Assembly: GCF_006345805.1 (NCBI RefSeq)
Contig: NC_043000.1
Span: forward strand, 31,496,001 to 31,560,000
DNA from: Octopus sinensis
Lineage: Eukaryota
DNA: 64,000 nt
Reading direction: 5' to 3'
The position numbers and the translations under genes were made by a program. Shown here piece by piece: positions 1 to 11,972 of the stretch. Within the stretch, counting starts at the first letter, position 1, and every line of letters begins with the position of its first letter. Under the pieces are notes generated by a model. The model made no database searches. It worked only from the letters and a program-made list of their open reading frames with translations, and was not told where the DNA came from.

Positions 1-456
1 AATACATAATGACATGAATACAAAATCACTTATTAATGTCTAAAGAGGACCAAGAGCTGCTGCAAGACTTCACACCGAAGCTAATGAGGCTGAACCAAGT
101 CAGACAGTTCTTTCACAATTCCACCCACCCTTTGAATCTGGTGCCATCATCTTAGTTGAAGTTCTTGCATTTGGTTTTAATCTTTGAGGAATTTCCCTTA
201 AGAAATGTTATCAGAATCGCATTAACAGTGCAGCCAGAACATGGCAGAATGGTTCTGGAATAAATGTGCAATCATAGAGTTCTTGGCTTCAAAGTAGGAA
301 TAAATTCCACCATTTTACCATTTCCCAAATCCCACACCATTTTTACGCACACACACACACACATACACACACACACCACATACACACACACACATATATA
401 TACATACATACACACACTCACATATATATTCATATGTATGTATGTATGTGTATGTA

Positions 457-487
<31 letters not shown>

Positions 488-2004
488 CATATATATACAC
501 ATGTATATATACATATTTGTATATGTTTATATAAAAATATACATGTATATACATACACACACACATACACATATATATGCACTTATATATTCATATAAAC
601 GCGCACACATATCCAGAGAGAGGAAGGTTTTTTTTTGTTTTGTTCTTCCTTTTCCTTCTTCCATTTTACATATTTCGTTGTCTGGCAAATTTCCATGGCA
701 ACCATCAAACCGGCAGAGAATTGTTCAATGGAGCATTTTAATGAGCAGATTCTTCAAGCAAATAATCATTCACTGATGGGAGAATCTCTCCTTCTTTTTC
801 GTCTTTTTGAGACTTTTTATTCAATTTCCATTCTATATGTTCGGTCGTATTTAAATGCATTGAGGTTAAATTTTACTTCTTTGTTTGCCGGAATTGCTGT
901 TGTTGTTGCTGTTGTTGTTGTCCTTGTTGTTGTTGTTTAAAAGTTTGCAAATATATTTTTTCTTTTTCAGTTGATTGAAAACCAATTTCGATCAACGAAC
1001 CCGTGTCTTTATTACTTCTTCACGCTCCACTGAACTTTAATAATTTTATAATACCGCTTTCATCGTTGTAGAAAATACTTATAATGGCTTTATAATATAC
1101 TTTGGTTTTTCTTTCATAACCATGTAGAATATATTTATACTCTATAGTCTGACCGCTTGTAATGTCGTAGAGATGCGTGATTAGGTGTTCATGTATTGGA
1201 GAAATTTATCACATATTAAAATTATTCACCTCTAGATATCACCGACTAATACATTTATGTGCGGTACATATGAATTTACGGATATGAGGGTGGATGCCGC
1301 TGTGTGTGTGTGTGTGGGGGGGACACTAGATTACTTAAAGTGGGTTTGTGAGATACTTCAACCTGTATAGGCAGTTATCGTGTAGGAAAAAGTTCTCGCT
1401 TATGGTAAAAAGTGTAAAAGTACCATATCTGCTCAGTGTCTTCCCCCTAGCGGACTCTCTGACGCGTTTCTGGCTTTTTAGCTTTCCTCATTCGGAGAGA
1501 TTTGTGCATACAGAAATATATCGTACAAGCATAGGCAAGAAGGCTTTAAAAAATGGCACAATAGGGAGTGAGAAATGAATATGCGATTTATTAAGTTACT
1601 TTTTAGCTACTGACCCCCCAAATAGGAAGATCTGAAAACAGATCTCAGACTTGCTTTGGAGAATCTGTTGCAATTGCTTCTTCCAGAGTCATATCCCAAT
1701 GATGATCATATTCGTCGCAAAAAAATCTGGTAAAAAAATCGGAGAAAATATATCTCTAGATTTCGCAACTAATATCGATTATTCCCAAAATATATTTCCA
1801 AGTTATAAAAGTTGTTATCGTACAAAAAAGTTCGTCGCAAAAAAAAACAAAAAAACACGTTAAAATTCGCCGAAAACAATCGCAGTATTGAAAACTTAGG
1901 AATCCCAAATTTCAGGATTGCCGGCCGGAACTCGGCCCGGAATGTTTTTACTTTACTCACGGAGTTGGTCTCATTCCAAATGGTATATAATATTATATAT
2001 ATAT

Positions 2005-2064
<60 letters not shown>

Positions 2065-2199
2065 TATATATATATACACACACATATATATATGTACATA
2101 ATACATATATACATATATACATAATATAAGTATATAGCACACATATATACATATATATAAACATATTATACATATTATATATACATATATATATATAAC

Positions 2200-2232
<33 letters not shown>

Positions 2233-3314
2233 TCCATATATATATATACATATATATATATAGATATATATATACATATATATAATACATATATATATTA
2301 TATACTATATATTACATATAATATATATATAATATATATATATATATACATATTATATATATATATATACATATATATGTATACATATATATACATATAT
2401 ATATATATGTATACATATATATATATAAATCCTATATATATATGTATACATATATATATATATTTATTAGACATATATATACATATACATATATATATTA
2501 CATATATATATATACATATACATATAATATTACTATATATACATATATATACATATACATATTATACATTATATATATATATATACATATCTACTATATA
2601 TATACATATACATTATATACATAGTATATACATATATATATATATAATACATATATACATATATATACATATATATACATTATATACCACACACATATAT
2701 ATAAATAGATAGATAGATAGGTAGATATAGTCATTTAAAATAAACAATTCAAATAAACGAATAAAAGACAAAAAGAAACCGAACGTGAGGCTATATATAT
2801 ATATATATATTATTATATACATATATATGTATGTATGTATCTATGTATCTATGCATGTGTATATGTATGTATGTATCTCTTTATCTATGTATGTGTATTT
2901 ATATATGTATGTGTATATGTATGTATATATGTATGTGTAAATATATGTATGTATATATGTATGTGTATATATATATATGTATGTATATATGTATGTGTAT
3001 ATATATATGTATGTATATATGTATGTGTATATATGTATGTATGTATATATGTGCATATATGTATGTATGTATATATGTGTATATATATAAGTATGTATGT
3101 ATATATGTATGTGTATATATACGTGTATATATGTATATATGTATGTGTATATATATATATGTATACATGTATATATGTATGTATATACATATATATATAT
3201 ATGTATGTGTATATATATGTGTATATATGTATGTGTATATATATGTGTATAAATAGGTATGTGTATATATATATATGTATATATATACATATATATATAT
3301 ATACACACACACAC

Positions 3315-3767
3315 CGCATTAGTCCACCTGTTCTTTGCGAACCTTACAACATGTCTGTTCCAGCGGAGCTTGTGCTTTAGATATTTTGTGATCATATTGT
3401 TCTCTCCACTCTCTTCTTGGATTATCTTATTCCGAATATACTGTCAGAGTGTTATTCCTACCCTGGATCTTCCCAAGAACCTTTGTGTCGTAGCCAATGA
3501 ATGATCTGTCCTCTACGTAGTAGCCCTCATCTTATTTGAGTCTAAAAGCGCAGATTCGGGAGGTGTTATTAAAGAGTCTGGAACATATTATATTGTCCAC
3601 CTTTGCTTTGAGCACATCCTTTATTGAGTGAAATGCCTTCGGTCCTACCCTACTTCTCTTAGAGATTTCAGCCTCCATGTCTAAGCGCATATTCACTGTA
3701 CGTTCTAGACAGATATATTCCTTTACTTCTTCGATTTCATGACTCTCCACCGCTATTTGGCCTTGTG
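3315..3767 (-). mobile_element. RTE-clade LINE, RT C-terminal fragment (decayed)
   Basis: Minus-strand translation GQIAVESHEIEEVKEYICL..EAEISKR..KAFHSIKDVLK and [17 protein letters not shown] match the RTE RT thumb/C-terminal motifs (YxYLG, RWxGHVxR, NRW). Confidence 0.8.
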
Positions 3768-3844
3768 TGGAAATATAAAGTCTCGAGGTGCAATACAACT
3801 CGCTGTTCAAAGATCTGAAATCTGGATGAGCAACAGGTATAGCT

Positions 3845-4070
3845 CTGAGCTGGCAGAAACGTTAGCGCGCTGGTCGAAATGCTTAACGGTATTTCGTCTG
3901 TCGTTACGTTCTGAGTTCAAATTCCGCCGAGGTCGACTTTGCCTTTCATCCTTTCGGGGTCAATAAATTAAGTACCAATTTCACACTGGGGTCGATATAA
4001 TTGACTTAATCCCTTTGTCTGTCCTTGTTTGTCCCCTCTATGTTTAGCCCCTTGTGTGTAGTAAAGAAAT
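3845..4070 (+). mobile_element. tRNA-derived SINE family 1 (Deu/Nin-domain-like body)
   Basis: A box TGGCAGAAACG, B box GAGTTCAAATTC, body GCCTTTCATCCTTTCGGGGTC..TAAGTACC; six other copies in the window. Confidence 0.9.
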
Positions 4071-4365
4071 ATGTCATCACCTAAATGAGAAAGCTGTTGA
4101 GCAAGGATATACCATTCCTACAAAGCTCCTTACTGCATGTTCTAGAAATGGCCATCGGGAATGTTGACTGGACAAGTGGTGTGAATCTCAATGCCTAATA
4201 ACTTGATACGCCTCTGATTCGCAGATGACACTGTAGTCATCGCTGAAAACACAAACCAGCCGCAGATGATGCTGGCAGAGCTGAACACTCAGAGCTTAAT
4301 TGTAGATCTTAATATGAACGGCATGAAAACAAGATATATGTGGTCGGAGGGCGTAGCACAAAGCC
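4071..4365 (+). mobile_element. RTE-clade LINE, RT core fragment, inverted relative to 3315-3767
   Basis: Translation EKAVEQGYTIPTKLLTAC (QGD region), then FADDTVVIAE..MLAELNTQS..NGMKTRYM..EGVAQ, which continues directly into GQIAVESHE of the minus-strand piece. Confidence 0.8.
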
Positions 4366-4852
4366 GAAAATGCTCACACACACACGCAATCACATATGCA
4401 TGCATGTATGCATGTATGTATGTATTGATGGATGTATGTGTATACCCAGCAAAATAAAACAAGCTTTGAGTTAGTCATCGAGTGCCGGATAAGTAGGACA
4501 CATGTTTGAAAGACACAACCAGATGATCAAAGCACAATATGAGTTTCCTTCTGTCAGAAAATCGAGCGTTATTCGATATTCAATAATTGTAACTTCTCTT
4601 TAATTGAAACTTCAACAGCCTTTGATGTTTATAGTTGATATTTACATGGTTGGGTGTGGTCACATGCTGAAGTGGGGAATAATAAGAACTTCCATTTACT
4701 GTTTGGGTGGGGTTGTTTGCGAATCACTGGACGATGAGTAAAGAATTGAAGAAGGGGAAAAAGGTGGCGGAGGGAGATAACGATTTAAGGAAAACAGGAC
4801 ACCATTGAAAATCAGGTATAAATATGAATATGTGTGTGCATACATGTTTATA

Positions 4853-4885
<33 letters not shown>

Positions 4886-4941
4886 TACATAAGACACATA
4901 TATACGTATATAAAAACGCGCGAGTGCCCGCATATATATAT

Positions 4942-4991
<50 letters not shown>

Positions 4992-5529
4992 GGAGAGAGG
5001 GGGAGAGTGACGTCACAAAGGTGACTGAGGGTGCTAGCCTTAGTGATGCTTATACTTGTGCCTTTTGGTTGTAAATGGCGAAAAAGCCACCTTGATAATT
5101 TATACATATATATGTGAGTGTATATATATATATATAGATACACACACACACACATACACAAACATATGTATGTAGTTATGTGTGTATATAGCAATCAGAC
5201 TTAAAATTGTTATATAACTTTATATAAGACCACAGTCGTTTCGAATGGCTGGAAGAATCGTTTCGTCGCTTACACTGGTTTGTACTCCTGATTAATTAGT
5301 AATTTAATTAATCAACTAATTAGATAGCCCTCAACCATTTTCGAAAATCTACCATAATAACTCTAAAGTTATTATAGTAGATTTTCAGAGTTTCCAACAA
5401 ACATATATTGTGTTGAAGGCGGGTTTGCATAGTATTAGCGTTATAAACATCAAGAATTTTCTGTGCAGACTATTCAGTAAATAGAAGTTGTATATAATTA
5501 ACATCACATTACATTTTTTGATTTAGTAT

Positions 5530-6200
5530 AAACTTACCAATTTCCAGAAGTCATCAAGTTTAAAAGTTTGCCAGTGTAGTGAATGTAGAGAGGGTAGTCT
5601 AGAGGAATCATTTGAATATAACTAAATGCAGAAAGAATGTAAGGAGGCTTCTACAAGATGTATAATCATGAATTTATAGAAAATTTTTAAGTGATTGCCT
5701 ACCTCTATTGCCATGTCTAGAATTATTAGGCTTTCTTCAGTTAAGTTGAATTAAATGAAATTCAATTAGATTAGGAATATGATGCTTGCAGGCCAGAGTG
5801 TGGTTGGACTGAAGATGAGGTGGGAGTAGAAATGCATGGTGGTGAGGTGTGAGAATGGGGATTAGCAGGGAGGGTATATTTTAACACCATGTGTGGTCTT
5901 CTACGTGTATGTTCGTGTGTGAGTACGTTTGAATATACATATAACAGTCGGGTGTCTTAAATGACTCCCTCAAACTAAGGTGAAGAATAAAACCCATGGA
6001 GATCGACTACTGCATATGGTGATGGCGAGGTCAGCCAGTTTTCTAGTATAAATCTGTGATTGAGGGCAAGATCAAAACTTTTCACTTTTAGAGTTTATGT
6101 AATTGCCTGAATGGAGAGAATTCTTTACTGTTATCTTTCTCTCAACCAAGCAGAGCCTGCACATCCTAAGTAAGGTTCAAACATTTCCACTATCTTCCAT
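5530..6200 (-). mobile_element. Penelope-like element, GIY-YIG C-terminus plus 3' region (decayed)
   Basis: 6040-6198 minus reads WKIVEMFEPYLG..CRLCLVE.KITVKNSLHSGNYINSKVK..HRFILEN, matching the PLE WxI..PY..CxLCLxEK..LN..H end motif. Confidence 0.55.
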
Positions 6201-7466
6201 TTGATATCATAACGCGCAGCATTTTCTGTTGACGTACTACGCTAGAGATGTGACATTTCGCCTCTTTTGAAAGTTAAACGAGAACTGGTGGTTGATTCCG
6301 GCCCTGAAGTGACCTTCTATCACACCTACTCATTTTCGCACATTTGTCGCTCCATTTGGATTTGTTTGTGCCTCCTACTCTTACACACAACGGTTTCCGT
6401 ATTGTAATAACTATCAAGTGGACACGTGCTGTTACCTCTACATGTGCAGCCTGTCTCTATTTCACACATGAGCTACTTAGTAATATTTTCCTTATGCTAG
6501 AAGTACAGTTAAATGGGACCTCAAAGTGTATCAATTAAATATTTTCCTTTTTCTATATTTCGGGAAGCTAAAAGAGGGTTCGGGTCATATTACCTTACAG
6601 TGGCGCTGGTGATATGGAGGTAGTGGTGGAGGTTGTGTAAATGATATGTAGTGGTGGAGTGATGTAGCAGTGGCAGAAGTAGTGTAATAACGGTAGTGCG
6701 GTGATGTTGGTGATGTTGTTTTTATGGTGGTGGTAGGAAAGTTGGTTATGGTAGCGATAATGGTGTTATTTAACACTACATCAACCTCAATCAAACATAT
6801 AGGATTAAAAAACGGTCTAAAAGTGACCATCCCGTCTTTTATTGTCTTGTACATTTTTTGAGTTGCTAGCACTACTTTCCCCCATGTAACATCTTTTATA
6901 AGACGATATGGTGCAAGCTGAGAGAGATTTGACTGCTATTTCTAACAAGTATTGTAAGCACGTGGAGGTTCCCACGTTGAAGGAGGCATGTGATGACGTC
7001 AGTCGATAGTTGTGATGATAACTTCAGGTGAATCCAGTGACATCAATTACATCCTAATGGACTTCTCTTATGACCACATAAACAAGGAGAGCGTTCACGT
7101 TTAGAGAGAGACAGACAGACAGGCAGAAAAAGAGAGAGAGGAGAGCGAAAGGGTGAGAGATATGGGAGGGAGGGGAGGGCGAGAGCACACGTGATAGAGA
7201 AAATTAGTATTAGGGTATAATTAGTAAAGGCTATAATTAACATTAGGAGGTAATCAGGAGTCCGTCACGAAGGGATTCTGCCATGTTTATAAAAATTAGT
7301 TTTAATTAAAGACAAAATTGCAATGTAACAGTGGTGTTTACAGTCAACAATAGGTGGAGCCACAGTCAGTTATAGTTTGTTCTTTCTTAAAACATTGCGT
7401 GCACCTTCAGAATTGTAATCAAGTGCACGTATGTTCGCATGAACGCTTATATATATATATACATAT

Positions 7467-7500
<34 letters not shown>

Positions 7501-7637
7501 ATATATATATTGCAATATGCACACACTGATGCACAAACCTGCACATATACACATAGCAATGGCAACTGTAACTATAGAACGTTATAACATTTTCTGTAAA
7601 CACGCGCGCGCACACACATATGCACACAAAAAGTAAA

Positions 7638-7682
<45 letters not shown>

Positions 7683-7845
7683 AGGCGCAGAAGTGGCTGT
7701 GTGATAAGTAGCTTGCTTACCAACCACATGGTTCTGGGTTCATTCCCACTGCGTGGCACTTTGGGCAAGTGTTTTCTACTATAGCCTCGAGTTGACCAAA
7801 GCCTTGTGAGTAGATTTGATAGACAGAAACGGAAAGAAGCCCGTC

Positions 7846-7909
<64 letters not shown>

Positions 7910-7955
7910 CTGTGTGTGTCTGTGTGCGTCTGTGTTTGTCCTCCCAACATTGTTT
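7683..7955 (+). mobile_element. tRNA-derived SINE family 2 (CORE-like TTGGGCAAGT motif, internal microsatellite)
   Basis: A box TGGCTGTGTG, B box GGTTCATTCCC, GGCACTTTGGGCAAGTG; 3'-truncated relative to the copies at 44625 and 48622. Confidence 0.9.
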
Positions 7956-8375
7956 GACAACCGTGACTGTCTCTGTCTCTCTTTTTTACTCTTGTGGGTT
8001 GTAAGTAGTTAGCAGCAGCTAGTTTGATATGAATTCTTGTCTTTTTTTAAGCAGCAGAAGAAGAAGAATGCGGGAATGGTATGACAATAGCAGGATGTTG
8101 GTGGAATACTCTTAAATGGTCAAATGACCTAAAAGTGACACGTCATTGATCGGTTAAAATTACCCAAATACGAAAACTTTAACACGAAATAACACCTAAG
8201 ATACAAACTTTTGTCATAAACGTTAAGAGTAAACTGTGCTCTATGTGACATTCAGCCAGTATCCGAAGTTTTAAACTGTTTAATTTCAAACTGTGACAGA
8301 GATTGAATAGGTTCAAGACTCCTAATACAAACCTGAATACGCTCAACAACAAAACTGAAGCCGTCAGTAAAAAAT

Positions 8376-8432
8376 ATGCGGAAGACCTAACTGTTCAATT
8401 AAATGGAGCAGCTTGAAACGGCCGTACCGCAT
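8376..8432 (+). ncRNA. Decayed type I hammerhead ribozyme (PLE-type, palindromic P3)
   Basis: ATGCGG..AAGA...GAAAC GGCC GTA CCGCAT: 6-bp P1 and GAAAC-GGCC-GUA are intact, but the CUG of the core is missing. Confidence 0.45.
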
Positions 8433-8555
8433 CACCCCTGGATATCCTGTTATTTTGATTTTATTCACCTTATTTTGAAATTTTACAGATAATACCGCAC
8501 TAACTTTTGGTGCCCCAACTTCAGGACTTAATTCATATGAATCTCAATTATTTTG

Positions 8556-8607
<52 letters not shown>

Positions 8608-8633
8608 CATACATACATACATACATACATACA

Positions 8634-8664
<31 letters not shown>

Positions 8665-8667
8665 GTA

Positions 8668-8981
8668 TATCACCGTGATTAACGTGACCGACTAGGCTAT
8701 CAGATGTTGCTACACATCGCTGGTCACAATGCGCTTCGCATTGTTTTAGCCTTCAAATGACGCCACCCCGCTGGCTAAGCGTGCAGGCCAACAGAAGAAA
8801 GAGTGAGAGAATGTTATGGTGAAAGAGTACAGCAGGGATCGCCACCACCCCCTGCCGGAGCCTCGTGGACCTTTGGGTGTTTTCGCTCAATAAACACTCA
8901 CAACGCCCGCTCTGGGAATCGAAACTGCGATCCTACGACCGCGTGTCCGCTGCCCTAACCACTGGGCCATTGCGCCTCTAC
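8668..8981 (-). mobile_element. tRNA-derived SINE family 3, tail type alpha
   Basis: Head GAGGCGCAATGGCCCAGTGGTTAGGGCAGCGGAC..GTTTCGATTCCCAGA; tail TTGGCCTGCACGC..TGTGACCAGCGATGTGTAGCAAC. Confidence 0.9.
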
Positions 8982-9139
8982 ATATATGTATATGTATATA
9001 TACATGCATATATGGGTACAGGACATAAAAAAAAACGTTGAATACAATGAGAAACGAAAACAAAAACAAAAGCATAGAAACGAACTTTTTTCAAACCACG
9101 TAAAAAAACAGAAACGAGACATACAACATAAAGAATATT

Positions 9140-9200
9140 CCCCTTCTTCAGTTGTCCCTGTTTCATCTACTCCGTGTTTCGAAGGTAAGGACAAGACGCG
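9140..9200 (-). ncRNA. Permuted hammerhead ribozyme candidate, family D (GUC site)
   Basis: Minus: CGCGUC|UUGUCCUU A CCUUC GAAACACG ... AGGGACAA CUGAAGA A GGGG. P1 is 8 bp with one G-U, P3 is 4 of 5 bp, P2 is 4 bp with two G-U. Confidence 0.7.
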
Positions 9201-9259
9201 ACTTCCTTGAAAAAGACCTTCCCGCAAATATATATATACAACACACACACACAATATCA

Positions 9260-10380
9260 TTTAATGGATGGCAAAAGAACCGGAGTTTCGTAATCATCAT
9301 TTTCGATAGTTTCAGTTGCAAAAACATTTGCTCGTACGACATAGCTTGCTGGGTGTCTTTCTTATTGCAGAAACCATTAAAATATATAGAGTTGGTTAAA
9401 TGCAGAACCATATGTAAAGTAACACGACTGGAGGATGTTAAACCTCGCGCAGAGACTAATATGTATATAAATATATATAAAGTATATTATATGTGCGCCT
9501 GGAGGTAACCAGCTCTAAGTATTTTATATGCTTTCTGTAATGAACATGTTTTATTTAAACGGCTCTGAGGGAGCTATAATATTTCGCATGAGCACTCAGC
9601 TGTCAATGTAATGTAGCAGAAACCGCTATAACCAAATGAAGATGATTATGTAATTTCAATTCTTTTGTCATATATTAATAGGTTCTGTACTCGTGTGACA
9701 TTTTGCTACAAAGGGTAAAAGTATCTAGTTCGATTCCCACGGAGTCATGTATTGTTATTCTCTCTCATTATTGAAAATTATAAATATATACACATATTTT
9801 CAAACTGAATTGATTATTACAGCTGTTACCAAATAAAATTTCGGGTGATTGAGGTAGTTGCAGAAGAAATTATGGTCGTTTACAGTCGAGGTATGAGAAA
9901 CTACAAGCATGTGAAAGTTTTAGAGGTGGAACCATCAAGGGGCTCTGGGTCGAGTATTTTGCTTCCAAAAAAAAGTGTTTTTTGCAACAAGTGAAAGAAA
10001 CGAACCATTGTTCGGTGTGGTTGTAGCATGTTGCTAAATGAATGTTTGGTAATTGGTTAAGTAGGACATTTTTTATGGGGTTTAAGATTTTATGTGTGAA
10101 ACACTGTACTGTGTTAGGCAGGTGGGTCCAATCACTGGTTCGATCTTTATCAGAGATTTTCTTAATCGAAGCACCTGAAGCAATTTTGCCAGATTTAGCT
10201 GTGGCTTTAATACGAGGTGGGTTTAGTGTAAGTCTGTTCTGCTGATATTTGAAACGATTGTGATTTGGTTTTGACGCTGGGGATTAGAATGTCATGTCTT
10301 CCGGTTGAAATATGTGCAACGATTTTTGTTTATGGAAATAGGACATGCCTGGGAGTGAAGTGTCAAAGTTTACCGTGGAT
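9260..10380 (-). mobile_element. Probable Penelope-like ORF remnant upstream of the family D ribozyme
   Basis: Fragments such as KILNPIKNVLLNQLPNIHLA and a terminal ..FFCHPLND resemble the PLE linker and the I..PxLN end; heavily frameshifted. Confidence 0.35.
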
Positions 10381-10849
10381 AACATCCTTCTGTACAATAA
10401 TAATGTAGCGCGAAGAATGAATAACAACTATGCGAGTGTGTGTGTGTGTGTGTGGTATTGTAGAACAAAAAGATTATGAGACGTATGACCAGAACTGCTT
10501 GAGGACATTAAGAGAGTTTGATAGGGCCGCATCACGGCACATTTAGATGATGTCGCGTTCTTTCAGAGAATATCCGACATAAGGAACCAGAAACATAGAA
10601 CTGAGAGAGGAACAACGTAGCTAAACATTTTTTAATGCCAGATAGGGTCGACAACTCTTCATAAGGAGGGAACTGTTATGTAATCGTTCTTTCTTTCTCT
10701 CTCTCTCTCTCTCTCTCTCACATACACACATATGTAATTACATATATTATCTGCGTGTGTGTATGAGAGAGAGAAACAGAAAGTGAGAGAGAGAAAGAGA
10801 GTGAAAGAAAGAATGTAACAACAGGTACATTATCTGAAAATCAGTTGGA

Positions 10850-11330
10850 GTAGTCATGGCCAGAACGTTTTATAGAATTCAGGGACCAAAGTTGTCATAG
10901 GTTTAAACTATGAAAGCAGAACATTGGCCGACGTTCCTAAGGACAAATGACCGTCGGCGAATGTGAAATAGAAGAAACATGAACTTGATGTGGTTCTGTT
11001 GAAGCTGGACTGATGGTCACTGTGAATGGAAAGAGGTGAAGGCGGAAATCAGTTGGTGGCTCAAAAATCGCCATCATCTTTGTAATAACCATTAACGTCA
11101 GTTAAAAGAGAACGGTTGAAGAACTTCGTCAGATTATGATCATCTCTTAAGCCACACTGTTTTGAGATATTGAAAGAGAGAGACCATCAGATTTGCGGCA
11201 GCTCAGTTGAACAAGATTAAAGAGAATTCCGTTTTTGAAGACTATGTGTATCTAGGAGTGAGCCGGAGGGAGTTTAGAGGGATTTTAATTGTCGCCAAAA
11301 GTTAAGTGAATGAGATAAAATAAAAAAGGT
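10850..11330 (-). mobile_element. Possible L1/Tx1-type LINE remnant
   Basis: Minus-strand motifs FWRQLKSL and VPEFYKTFWP resemble the pre-RT GPDG..EFYKxFW region. Confidence 0.3.
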
Positions 11331-11420
11331 ACGTAGTGTCATTTTGTGTAGGAGCAATGCATACAAAACAATAGTGAATAGTGAGTTTATAGAGTTTATA
11401 TATATATATATATATATATA

Positions 11421-11947
11421 CCAGAGGCGGTCGAAAAAGCCAGCTTCTATATATGGCTGAAGCGGGAAGACCAAAAGTGACTTGAAAGTCATAACATGCC
11501 GGTGGGAAATAACATCACTAGGTGAGACAAGCTGACACTGAATCAGCTTCGCTGACTGACAGGTGATGGTCGTTTAGAGAATGCGCGGGCTAAGACTATG
11601 CGCCTTCACTAGTCAGTTAGGGTGAGACAGTGTCACGTGACAATTTGCTGGGGCTGCCTGCTGGAGCTTACCAGCAGGTATTTAAAGGGAAAAATTTGAC
11701 AAGTCAGTCAGTCACCGGCTGACATTCGCTGACGATACATCGAAGAGGCTAGGGAACAGAAGAAGAAAGAAGACATGCACCCAACACCAGAGTTGAAGAC
11801 ACCTCCGAAAGGAGGGGGCACGTCAAAACGGTAGAGGAGTAGGGGCCGAAACCGGACGTAGTTCCTCCTGATGATGTCTTGAGCTAACTGGATCCTATAT
11901 AAGGAGCTGTTGTGGTAGCAGACCACGAAACACGGTTGTAATTCCTC
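11421..11947 (+). mobile_element. Non-coding repeat family A, copy 1 (LTR/pLTR-like)
   Basis: Roughly 90% identical to 44030-44423 over ~390 bp; TCACGTGAC and TATTTAAA motifs; shared right end GGTTGTAATTCCT. Confidence 0.8.
11820..11880 (+). ncRNA. Permuted hammerhead ribozyme candidate, family A copy 1 (GUA site after 11833)
   Basis: ACGUC AAAA CGGUA|GAGGA GUA GGGGCC GAAACCG GACGU AGU UCCUC CUGAUGA UGUCUU. P1 GAGGA/UCCUC; P3 CGGU/ACCG plus ACGUC/GACGU extension; P2 wobble-rich. Confidence 0.7.
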
Positions 11948-11972
11948 CTTCCTATATATATATATATATATA

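Noticed and set aside
36-155. Short open frame MSKEDQELLQDFTPKLMRLNQVRQFF.. at the window start
   Set aside because: 39 codons, no splice signals or homology recognised.
264-3395. Many 100-180 aa ORFs rich in Y/I/H/T/C/V/M (also at 24815-25410, 39007-39471, 59315-59697)
   Set aside because: They are translations of (TA)n/(CA)n/(TATG)n microsatellites that happen to lack stops.
5530-5565. HHR-like AACT-TGATGA..GAAA..GTA-AGTT at the PLE 3' end (minus)
   Set aside because: C3 is missing, and P2 and P3 do not pair convincingly.
8900-8981. tRNA-like sequences at SINE heads (also 18491, 28948, 50890, 61650)
   Set aside because: A/B boxes belong to SINEs; no full cloverleaf or acceptor stem, and all continue into repeat bodies.
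11868-11945. Conventional type I fold using the downstream GAAAC in family A
   Set aside because: No P1 partner follows the GUA; only the permuted fold gives a paired P1.
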